Position numbers and translations under genes: made by a program | Notes under the pieces: generated by a model | The model's input: the letters and a program-made list of their open reading frames with translations, nothing else | Told to the model about the DNA's origin: nothing | Database searches by the model: none | In this document: piece by piece, positions 26,495 to 37,075 of the stretch | How the letters are laid out: the number at the start of each line of letters is the position of its first letter | Numbering within the stretch: the first letter of the stretch is position 1 | NCBI RefSeq assembly: GCF_036321535.1 | Contig: NC_087447.1 | Location: 39,062,001-39,126,000, forward strand | Length of the DNA: 64,000 nt | Direction of reading: 5' to 3' | DNA from: Camelus dromedarius | Lineage: Eukaryota

Positions 26495-26660
26495 AAATTG
26501 GCTCTGGAGTCATAAAGACCTTTGTTGAACTCCGTCTTCTGCACTTTCCAAACCTCAGTTTCTTCATGTAAAAATGGGGCTAATTATAGTATTTACTTTA
26601 AAGGATTGCTGTGAAGACTTAGTGGGATAATATATGTAAAGTCTGGCATACAGTTACTGC
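26495..26660 (+). mobile_element. MIR SINE fragment
   Basis: ggctctggagtca...cctcagtttcttcatgtaaaatgggg...ggattgctgtgaagactt. Confidence 0.75.
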
Positions 26661-27039
26661 TTTTCAGATGTTTTTTATTGCAAATTAGAGTGCATAAATA
26701 AAATGTAAGTTGAAAGAAATTTTAAAGTAATTTCACTTTTGAAGCCTTTAAAATTATGTACTAAGAGTATGTTCTCAAAATATTTTTAACACTTTAAGAA
26801 AAGCATATTTTTTGCAAGATGATCAGGAATGATATGGATTGGTTGTAAAGTAAGCATAATGTAATATGATTAATTATAATCTTCATCACAATTGTGCCAA
26901 TATTATGGTTATAACAAATATACTTATTTTCAGATTTTACTTTCAAAGAAGATGATGACTTTACTATAAATCTTTGAAATCAGTCTTTTTTTGTAATATA
27001 ACTTCTTTAATGCAGTCAGAATTACAGTTCACTGTTTGT

Positions 27040-27259
27040 TAGAAATCTTTGCATAAACCCTTTCCCAGCCCCGCACTGTTTTCCTTTTAATATCCAATTA
27101 TCTAAAATTTAAGATGAATGAGCACCGCCCCATGGGTGTGTGTACTGCTCTGATCCTATAGTTAAAATTCAGAGAATTGGAAGTGACGTCATCTCTGACA
27201 AAAAAGCTCCTCTTGGTGTGTGGAAGACCTATATATAAAAGTCACATCTAAGGGTCCAC
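27040..27259 (+). promoter_or_regulatory. PTH: PTH proximal promoter
   Basis: TATATATAAAA 27230-27240, perfect CRE TGACGTCA 27184-27191, CAGAGAATTGG 27170-27180, GC-box-like CACCGCCC 27123-27130, CCAAT/TTATCT 27094-27103, octamer-like CTTTGCAT 27047-27054. Confidence 0.9.
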
Positions 27260-27354
27260 AGCTTAATTCATCAGCTTTCTCAGGCTTACTCAACTTTGAG
27301 TGGCATCAGCTGCTAATACACCTGAAAGAAAATCGTGTCCTAAGACATTGTGTG
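27260..27354 (+). other. PTH: PTH non-coding exon 1 (5'UTR); start approximate
   Basis: Begins ~25 nt after TATAAAA (27234) and ends ...taagacattgtgtg|gtgagt, a strong donor at 27355. The ~1.65-kb intron 1 runs to 29007, matching the known three-exon PTH structure. Confidence 0.88.
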
Positions 27355-29012
27355 GTGAGTAATCTTTATTTTCTCTTTTAAATTTTAAATGAGTTCTTTT
27401 TTTATGATCAAGCAATTATTTAATGTGTATCATTTTCTGCTAATGTCATGCTGTTTGTTCAAGGTAAAATGTTAAGGGAGGGTTTAAATTATATTTAATA
27501 CAAAAATGCCACAATGCAAAATAAATTTATGCTACTAAAATACTGTTAAATCATTTATTTTTGTGATTAAAGTCTTTTGTAATACCTTGCTTTTTTAAAA
27601 CTCATCTGAGATGACATGAAAAATAATTAAAATTTGGCATGATATGTTACTAAAATTTTGAAGTGTAACAGTCTAATGAGGAATGAATAATTCTGATTTA
27701 AATAACCAACATAAATTCATTATGTTGAGTTAAAATTCTATTTTTCCTGCAGAATATCCTCATAGAGAGCTCAATCTGTGTACTGTAGTTGGAAAAACTC
27801 AATTTTACTGCTGAATATTTATTCCCTTTACATAAGGCCTTTTATAATTTTCTATTCTGAGAACTATACATGAATTTTAAGGATGTTTTACAACTGTTTT
27901 TCAGCTTTTTAATGACATTCTGGTAAGATGCTCATCTCTCTATTAAGAACAAGAAAGCAAGGCAGAGACAGTAGCTGAATGTGACAAAGCTAGAGTGAGA
28001 CACCAATGCTCCTGTCTTCTAGCTACAGTGATTATTTCTAACATAAACCAAAAATGAAGAATATTTCTTTCTGGCTCCTTCAATAGCTTTATATTGCACA
28101 GTAAAAATAAATAGATTATAATGTTTCTTATGCTACTTTTAAATGATGCAGTTTCTCTTTACATAGCCACCCTATGTGTATGTTAAAATGGAGAACATTA
28201 AGTATTAAGAAAAGGCATTTCTATGGTAATAGGCTTTACAATTGTTAAAATGCAGATTAATTAAAGACTATTCTATTTTGAGATGAAAAGCTTTATAAGC
28301 AAAAGAAGAAAGTAGTAAAAATTATACTCAAATAAAGTTGTTAATAAAATAAGCTGAAAAGATACAGGCAAGCATTTTATCTGGAGCCAAGCTCTAGGTT
28401 CACATAACAAGTAATTAATTAGATGATATTTAAATGTTTTGATACATTCTTTTTAATGGTAAGAGAAGTGTATGTAAATTCATAAACATCTCTAAATCAG
28501 AACCTATTATGGTATTTATGGTTGTCACTGCAGTTCCTGAATGAAGTTTACTTACGAAAAAGAGATTTTCTAAGTAAATTAAGTGTTGACAATTTACCTA
28601 GTTAAGAGAAGTCGCCATTTTCAAGCAAAATATGAGCATTTAGTCATGACTAACACAAAATGTGGGAAGAAATTCTCAAAAGCAAGCTTTTTGATTCCTC
28701 ATGTAGCTTAACATTCATATATTAAAACTTGAGCAAGAACTCTCAAAAAGATACCTAAGAAAGTAAAACTAATCTAATTTCTAAGTCCAATTATGTGTAC
28801 GTATAATATAATTAGTAAAAGTACTAATGTATCTGTGAAATAAAGAGGTTGATTCCAAAAGTCTCTCATGAAAACCAATCCAATTAGTTACTGTCACACT
28901 CTGTGCAAAGTTATATGGTTATAAATATAAACTACTACAAATAGAATTGTATCATTTGAAATATTACAAATATTTTTAAAAAACCTCCATTTTGCTTTTT
29001 CTTTTAGTGAAG

Positions 29013-29098
29013 ATGATGTCTGCAAAAGACATGGCTAAAATAATGGTTGTCATGTTTGCGATTTGTTTTCTTGCAAGATCTGATGGGAAGCCTATTAA
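29013..29098 (+). CDS. PTH: Preproparathyroid hormone, coding exon 2 (signal peptide and most of the pro-peptide)
   Basis: Acceptor ttttcttttag|TGAAG at 29007/29008 and ATG at 29013. Translates [28 protein letters not shown](K). Donor AA|gtgagt at 29098/29099, phase 2. Confidence 0.97.
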
Positions 29099-29214
29099 GT
29101 GAGTACTGTAGCCTTGCATGGTGAGGGCATGGGAATTGGATTTTTAAGGTTGGCTTTATGATTTGGAAGAGGGCAGCTAAGTGGAGTGATCCTCTCTGAT
29201 TCTGTTCCCTCCAG

Positions 29215-29476
29215 GAAGAGATCTGTGAGTGAAATACAGTTTATGCATAATCTGGGCAAACATCTGAACTCAATGGAAAGAGTGGAATGGCTACGGAAGA
29301 AGCTGCAGGATGTGCACAATTTTGTTGCCCTGGGAGCTTCTATAGCCCACAGAGATGGTGGTTCCCAGAGACCCCGAAAAAAGGAAGACAATGTACTCAT
29401 TGAGAGCCATCAAAAAAGTCTTGGAGAAGCAGACAAAGCTGATGTGGATGTATTAATTAAAGCTAAACCTCAGTGA
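29215..29476 (+). CDS. PTH: Preproparathyroid hormone, coding exon 3 (KR cleavage site and mature PTH 1-84)
   Basis: Acceptor ccctccag|G at 29214/29215. Encodes [36 protein letters not shown]...KAKPQ-stop; mature peptide 29222-29473 is 84 codons. 86+262 nt = 348 nt = 115 aa plus stop, the canonical preproPTH length. Intron 2 is 116 bp. Confidence 0.98.
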
Positions 29477-29701
29477 AAACAAATATGATCAAAGCACTGC
29501 TCTAGACAGAGTAGGGCCACAATATTACATGCTGCTAATATTTTCAAGCTCTACTACAATTAAGTGCCAATATTTCTAATATTACCAAACTTTACATGTA
29601 ATCTGTTGATAGCTATGATAGCTGCAATTTTAATTGATTATTTTGATTCTACTTTTATTCAATTTAGAGCTCTTTTAATAATTCTGTTTCTATTGATTCT
29701 A

Positions 29702-29707
29702 AATAAA
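29702..29707 (+). terminator. PTH: PTH polyadenylation signal AATAAA (3'UTR ~29477-29721)
   Basis: First AATAAA after the stop codon, ~225 nt downstream, followed by T-rich sequence. Confidence 0.85.
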
Positions 29708-30064
29708 TGAAGTTAAGTATTTCTCCCTTGTTATAAAAATGTCTTTTGGTTACGAGTAACACCGATATATTTAAATTGATCATGACTAAGAACAACACAA
29801 AATGTGTGTTTAACTAGATGTTTCACATTCTGATGTTTTGAAATTATCTTTTAATGTTATCAAAGTACCAGGTCCCCAAGTCATCACTAGCTATATACTG
29901 TTGTCCTCTTCATTTCAGGAAAGGAAATGAAATGCTCAGCAAGAGGCAGAAAGCGGTCTGAAACTTGAATGCAAAAGCATTTGCCTATACCAAAGCCAAT
30001 GGTCATATTCCTAGTCTGGACCCCAATTACAAGGAATAGAATGTGTTTAATAGAATATAACTTC

Positions 30065-32600
30065 ATTCATTTGTCCTTCCTTATGTGCATTTCTAACAAA
30101 ATGGACTGACTTAACCAAAGATAGTTTAGAATATCAGTTGCCCTTATAGGGAAATAATCCTGAAACTCAATTTTCTTAAAACCAAATTGGACTACCATAG
30201 CTCTGAGATTTCCAAAACTGAGTGAAATACCTATTTTGATTGATATTTTGAGGCCTCCAAATAGCACCAGGACCCTAAAATTGCCTCTGTGCAAAATAGG
30301 ATTTTAAGATTAACTGAGGCAAACAAACAATTAAAGAAAGATAAAATGGCTTTGGAAGCCTCGTGCTCCTCTTCCTTGGCTCCCTATGCTCAGGCTTCAC
30401 CTCCAGGGCCATCTTCCTCCTTCCCTTCTGTACTGCCTACACCTCCTCTAGACCCTCAGCTCCTCCTTACTAATTCTCTCACCAAACTTCCCTATTTGTC
30501 TGAAACCCTCCCCATGCCCTTTTCCTCTGAACTTATCAGAACCTGTCCTGTTAAAATTGAGCTTTCCGAGGATCCAGAGGCTAACCCTTGAATTTCTTGT
30601 ATTTCCTGGACTAAGGCTGAACTGCGAGCCATAGTGAAAAATTTTCCCAAAGTAACTGAAGATCTTCATAGATTTGCTGAGGAATTTAATCTAGTTATTC
30701 AAACTTGTCAACCTATTTCTCTGACTTACATCAGTTAGTTCATAGGCTTGTTGGTAAAGGCCAGGCCTAGCACTGGATGAAAACTGCTAATTAGGAAAAT
30801 CCTGAAAAGTCTCTAGAATTGCAACTGGGAGACCAGCCTGCTAACTTATTATATGATCAGGCTTGGACAATTACTAGGGAACTTCATGGAGCAATTCCTA
30901 GGGTTTTCCCAAGGCCTTTTGATTATAGCAAAATTCAGGTTTGCACACACAAAAAAATCTGATGAATCTGTTCATGACTGCTATAATTGACCTCGGATGA
31001 TTTTTAAAGAAAATTCTGGTCTTCCTTCAGCTGTTGATTCCACCTGGGTAGCTTTTAATTCTATGCTTATTAATGGGCTGAACCAGGACATTTCTCTTCT
31101 AGTAAAAAGGGCCAGGATGAAACAGGAAACTGTCCACTCCAGATTTAGTTAATGTGACAAACTTCCTCTCTTACATTCTAGATGAGTCATCTAAAAGGAA
31201 GACCACTAAAATTCTTAATCTTCGACTCCAGCAAGTGATGGCCCCTAAAAAAACAAAACCCTCCTAGTTTCTTCTATAATTGGAAAGAGCTGGGACACTG
31301 GAAAAGAGATTGTTATAAATTTAAGTGATTTAGGCACTTTCAGCCCTCTAACCAGCCTTTCCAACGCCTTCCCAATTCTCAAAGATGGGGGTCTGAGAAA
31401 CTAGAGGCTCTTCCCAATCATCCTTCTTAATCAACTTGGAGAAACATTTCTCCAGATTGAGGATGAATCTCTTCCAGTCCTGACACCACAGCCACACCCT
31501 TAGTGCTCAACTCCACTACTATAAAATAGCCCCTGCCTCAAAGTACTAAAACAGTTCAAAAAGTGGGGATCTCTGCTGAGCTTCAAGAGATGCATGTCTC
31601 TAACCTATTTCCTTTTGTTTAGGCCCTTTGAGAGATACACACTCTTTTCTCCTTAGTTCCGCCACCCCATCCATCTATCAGGCTGAGACTTCTTAGAGAA
31701 GTATCATGCTGGAATTTCTTCCAAAGGGAGAAATAATTCTAGAACTTGATAGTGATCGTCAAAGTAACCAACCAGGTGGATTAAATCGCCCCTTGACATC
31801 TTTTATTTGCTCCATCTCTGATGGTTCTAGAGCTGATTCTAGAAACACTGATGTTTTGTCTTTATTGATTCAGCTACATCCTCCTTAGGGGCAAAATCTT
31901 TAACTGATATTGGCAAAATTCACAGCTCACCTCCCATCAAGATTCAGAGAGATCCCTCAAAATCTCTGCCCAGAATTAATCAGTATTCTATAAGTAAAGA
32001 CTCCCTTCAAAGTATATAGCCCATAATAGAAGATTATAAAGCTCAAGACCTCATCCTTGTACTAGTCCTTGTAATACTCCCATTTTACTAGCAAGAAAAC
32101 TTAAGGGCTGAGAGTGGATGCTTATCCAGGACCTTTGAGCAATAAAAAACATTGTTATCTCTCAACACTCTGGGGTTCCTAACCTTCATACACTGCTAAT
32201 ACCCATTCCCACCGGAAGCAAATTCTTTACTGTAACTGATTTATGCAGTGCATTCCTTAGTATTCCAGTTGATGAAACTAGCCAATACCTTTTTTACTTC
32301 ACTTGGAAAGAAAAACAGTAATGGACAGTAATGCCTCAGACCTTACTTGTCTCTCACAAATCCTGAAGGCTTATCTGGATAATATAAAGATTCCTAGAAG
32401 TCCTACTTTGTTATAATATGTGGACGAAATCTCTTTGCTCTTCTTTTCAAGCCTCTTCACATCCATCTGCTAAAGCTTTTAGCCTTAAAGAGGTGTAAGG
32501 TTGCCAAGGGAAAAATGCAGTTTGCCCATACCCAGGTTTGATATTCAGGGCCTCTGATATCAGAACAAGGGCCACACCTAGATCCAGATAGACTTCATGA
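30065..32600 (+). mobile_element. Decayed class I (ERV1/gamma-like) endogenous retrovirus internal region, gag-pro-pol(RT)
   Basis: Gag-like WTKAELRAIVKNFPKVTEDLHRFAEEFNLVIQ (~30607). Broken zinc knuckle FYNWKELGHWKRDC 31272-31313. Protease-like DTTAT at 31482. RT motifs SPCNTPIL, IQDL*AI, FTVTDLCSAFLSIPV and YVDE (32417-32428). Many stops and frameshifts. Confidence 0.9.
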
Positions 32601-32604
32601 AACT

Positions 32605-35600
32605 TAGTGCCCTTTGACTAACATCTCCCTTTTTCTCCCTTGGCCAACACTATTCTACTCTCTGCTTCTATGACTTTGACTATTTTAGATTCTACATGTA
32701 ACTGAGATCATACAGTATCTATTTTTCTGTGTCTGGCTTATTTCACTTAGCATAATGTCCTCCAGTTTCATTCATGTTGTCACAATGGCAGGATTTTCCT
32801 TCTTTTTAAAGGCTGTATAATATTCCAACACACACACAGACACACACACATATATACATACACACACACACACATATACTGTATTTTCTGTATCTATTTC
32901 TTTGTCAATGGGTATTTAGGTTGTTTCCAACCACATCTTGACTATTGTGAATAATACTGCACTGAACATGGGAGTAAAGATACCTCTTCAAAATCCTAAT
33001 TTCATTTCCTTTGGATATATATCCAGAAGTAGGATTGTTGGATCATATGGCAGTTCTATTTTTTTCTAATAGTTTTATTGAGGTATACTTGACAGTATAC
33101 CTTGACATACAGCACTGTGTAAGTTTAAGGTGTACAGTATAATGATTTGACTTACATACATCATGAAGTGATTAGCACAATTAGTTTGGTGAACATCCAT
33201 CATCTCATATAGATACATTAAGAAAATAGGAAATAAAAAAAATATTTTCCCTTGTGATGAGAACTCTTTGGATTTACTTTCTTAACAACTTTCATATATA
33301 ATGTACAGCAGCGTTAATTATATTTATCATGTTTTACATTATATCTCTAGTACTTATTTATCTTATAAATGGAAGTTTGTACCTATTAATTACCTTCATC
33401 CAGTTCCCCCTCCCTCACCCCACCTCTGTAAACCATAAATCTGATCTCTTTTTCTATGTTTGGTTGTTTATTTTTGAAGTGTAATTGACTTACAACACTA
33501 TGTTAGTCCTGGTATACAACATAGTGATTTGATATTACTATATATTACAAAATGATCACCATGATAAGTCTAGTTGTCATCTGTCACCATACAAGTGTAT
33601 TACATAATTATACTGTATTCCCCACACTGTACATTTCATACTTGTAACTTATCTATTTTGTAACTGGAAGTTTGTACCTCTTAATCTGCCTCACCTATTT
33701 CACTCATCCTCCCACCCCTCTCCCTTCTGGCAACCAGCTCTTTGTTCTCTGTTTCTATCTTTCTATTTAGTTATGTTTACTGATTTGTTTTGTTTTTTAG
33801 TTTCCACATACAACTAAAGTCATACAGTATTTGTTTTTCTGCATTACTTATTTCACTTAGCATAATACCCTCTAGGTCCATCCATGTTGTTGCAAAGGGC
33901 AAGATTTCATTTTTTATGGTTGAGTAATGTTCCATTGTATTTATCTACTACATCTTCTTTATCCATTCATCTATTAATGGATACTTAAGTTGCTTCCATA
34001 TCTTGGCTATTGTAGATAATGTGACAATGAACATAGGGTTGCATATATCTTTTCTAATTAGTGTCTTCATTTTCTTCAGGTAAATGCCCAGAAGTAGGAT
34101 TGCTGGGTTATATGGTAGTTCTATTTTAATTTTAGCTTTTTGAGGAACCTCCATACTGCTTTCCACGGTGGCCACACCAATTTACATTCCCACCAACAGT
34201 GAACAAAAGTTCCCTTTTCTCCACATCCTGGCTAATATTTGTTATTTGTTGGCTTTTTGATAATAACCATTCTGACAGGAATGATGTAATATCTTATAGT
34301 GGCTTTGATTTGTGTTTCCCTGATGATTAGTGATGTTGAGGATCTTTTCATGTGCCTGTTGACCATCCGTATGTCATCTTTGGAAAAATGTCTATTCAGA
34401 TCCTCTTCCCATTTTTTAATTTTTTTTTAAGTTGAGTTCTTTGTATATTTTGGACATTAACCCCTTATCAGATACATCATTTGTGAGGTAGTTCTATTTT
34501 TAAATTTTGAGGAACCTCCATACTATTTTCCATAATGGCTGTACCAATTTACATTCCCACTAGCAGTGTACAGAGGTTCCCTTTTCACCACATCCTTGCC
34601 ACTACTTTTGTTACCTTTTATCTTTTTGATACTGGCCATTCTAACAGGTGTGAACTAATGTCTCATCATGGTTTTGATTTGCACTTCCCTGATTATTAAT
34701 GACGTTGAGCATATTTTCATATACGTGTGGGCCATACATAGTAATGTATGTCTACTTTTGGGAAATGTCTATTCAAGTCCTTTGCCCATTTTAAAATTAG
34801 GTTATTTGGGGTTTTTTGTTTGTTTGTTTGTTTTTTGCTATTTGCTGTATAGTATGATAAGTTTATATTTAACTTTAAAGAACTAACAAGCTGTTTTCCA
34901 AAGTGGCTGTAATATTTTACGTTCACCTTAACACCTTAACCATATGAAGGCTCTAACTTCTCCCTATCTTCATCTACATTTGCTGTTGTCTGATATTTTA
35001 TTATAGCCATTCCAGTGGGTGTATAGTGGTATCTCATTGTGGTTTTAATTTACATTTACTTGATGACTAATGACATTGAGCACCTTTTTCTGTGCTAATT
35101 AGTTATTTGTATGTCTTCATACAAATGTCTTTGCAAGTCTTTTGCCATTTTTTAATTGAGTTGTCTCATTTATTATTGACTTGTAAGATTTCTTTATACA
35201 AGTGCAAGTCCTTTATATGATTTGCAAACATTTTCTCTCAGTCTATGGTTTGTCTTGTCATTCTCTTAATACTGTCTTTTGAAGCATAAACTCAAAAAGT
35301 TTCAGTTTTAATGTAGCCCAATTTATCAATTTTCTTTTATGCCTTGTGCTTTTGGTCATATCTAGGAACTCTTTGCCTAACCCCAAATCATGAAGATTTT
35401 AGCAAATTTATGCTTTGTTCTTATATTTAGGTCTGTGTTTCATTTAAGGTTAATTTCTTCATGAGGTAAGGATCTAAGTTTTGTTGTTTTGTTTTGTTTT
35501 AAATTTTTTTTTGCTTTGTTTTGCATACACATATCGTATTGTTCTGGCACCAGGCACCAGGCACCAGGCACCAGGTTTTTGAAAAGACTATCTTTTTCTC

Positions 35601-35840
35601 ATTGAATTGAATTGTCTTGGCATATTTGCTGAAAATCAATTGACCATAAATATAAGGGTTCATTTCTGTACTCAGTTCTATTCCATTATCTAGCTTAGCT
35701 CTATGCTTGATTCCTGTAGCAATGCAGTAAGTTTTGAAATCTTGAAGTGTTAAAATTTTCAACTTTTTCATAATTGTTTTGGCTATTTTAGAACTTTTAC
35801 ATTTATATATAAATTTTTGGACCAACTTGTCAATTTCCAC
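32605..35840 (-). mobile_element. Cluster of nested antisense LINE-1 3' fragments
   Basis: L1MA-like 32605-33063 resumes at 34490 around an inner L1 (33064-34489), with TSD AGTTCTATTTTT at 33052-33063 and 34490-34501. A further older L1 lies at ~34850-35840. ORF2 remnants in the ORF track. Confidence 0.87.
35546..35575 (+). repeat. (GGCACCA)4 heptamer tandem
   Basis: Four exact copies plus GG, inside an old L1. Confidence 0.95.
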
Positions 35841-36540
35841 ACACACACACAAGCCTAACAAGATCTGTCAAATATTGTGAAAGATGTGAGATTTCACTCT
35901 ATTGCAGGCTAACAAGGTACAGAAAAAGTTTACAGACTCCTACTATAACTTAACATTCCAAGGTCTTTTTGTCCCCATTTAGTCTTCCTTTTTATTCTTT
36001 TTAATTGCTCATTGTTCCCCCCTACAAGATACTGAGTTTAGCTATTTATATGCCTTTGTTGATCTTTCGATAGGAATGCCCTTCCCTACTATAGCTTCAA
36101 GGCAGACTCCTATCTATTCCTTAAGACCCCAAATCAATCTTTCCTTTCCTCCCCTATTTCTGTACCTTCTTATCTTCAGTCAGAAGTAAACTTTCCTATG
36201 TCTGACCTCCCATAGCACATTATCTTTATCTCTGTATGACCCAACTTGTTTTCTTTTTGATATTTAATTACACATCTCCTTTTTATTAGTAGAACCTATA
36301 TATTAATAATGTCTGTATCTCTCCTAGTATTCTTACACAGGGTCTTAATCAATAAATGTATTTGCTGAATTGGTTTTTTTGTGTGTGTGAGTATGATTTT
36401 CCATTTCCTGACATTAGGTGACAGTGCTCAAACTTTGTAGTACAAAGAAATCCCAGACTTCAAAGTTAAATAGGATTCTGAATATGCGGCTTGTCATTAA
36501 TTCTTTGAGCAAGTGCTCAGCCAGAGGTCTGTCTTATCCT

Positions 36541-37075
36541 TGAGGTGGGAAACCCCATAAAAAAGACCCGCAGGACCCCCAGGCAGGGTCACTACTGTCC
36601 TACCAGCACCATCGGGTTCTCTGGCCCAACAGCTCTGTCTCACTTTTTGCCTCTGAAGTGGCTTACTTCTAGGAAAGTGGAACTTACCCCTAAAATTCTA
36701 TTGGTTCCCTGAGCTAACTCCCATTTGGTCCATTTGTAGTAATTCATTTGCATGGAGCTCACTCCTGATTGGTTATTTCCCTCCCTCCTGATTGGTCCAT
36801 TTCCCTCCCTCCTGATTGGTCCATTTCTACAAAGCTCGTTCCTAATTAGTCAACTTTTGTTATACTTTATTTGCACCTGATGTTGCAAAGTGTAAACTGG
36901 TAGCCTATAAAAGCCTGTGTAAACCTGCAGCCAGGGTCCAGAGCTTGGAGTGTTAACTCCTTTGGGCCTGCTGGGGTAATAAACCTGAGTTCTCCAACTC
37001 TCCCAGTGCTGCTTGGTCTCTCTCCCAGATCCAGGTTGCTATCACAACTGAGCTGTAATACACTTTTCTGCAACA
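36541..37075 (+). mobile_element. Solo ERV1-class LTR, 535 bp
   Basis: TG...CA termini with 4-bp TSD TCCT (36537-36540 and 37076-37079). TATAAAA 36906-36912, AATAAA 36978-36983, repeated ATTGG boxes in U3. Confidence 0.92.

Noticed and set aside
29186..29214. ORF-track N-terminus [10 protein letters not shown] for PTH
   Set aside because: This is intron 2 sequence read in frame from a GTG; the true start is the ATG at 29013.
29095..29400. 101-aa antisense ORF over PTH exon 3
   Set aside because: Shadow frame of the real CDS with no recognisable domain or promoter.
36762..36827. Short direct-repeat array superficially like CRISPR
   Set aside because: Eukaryotic LTR U3 tandem repeats with no unique spacers and no cas genes.
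30065..37075. The ERV internal region and the 36541-37075 LTR as one provirus
   Set aside because: The LTR has its own TSD on both sides (solo LTR) and looks much less decayed than the internal fragment.
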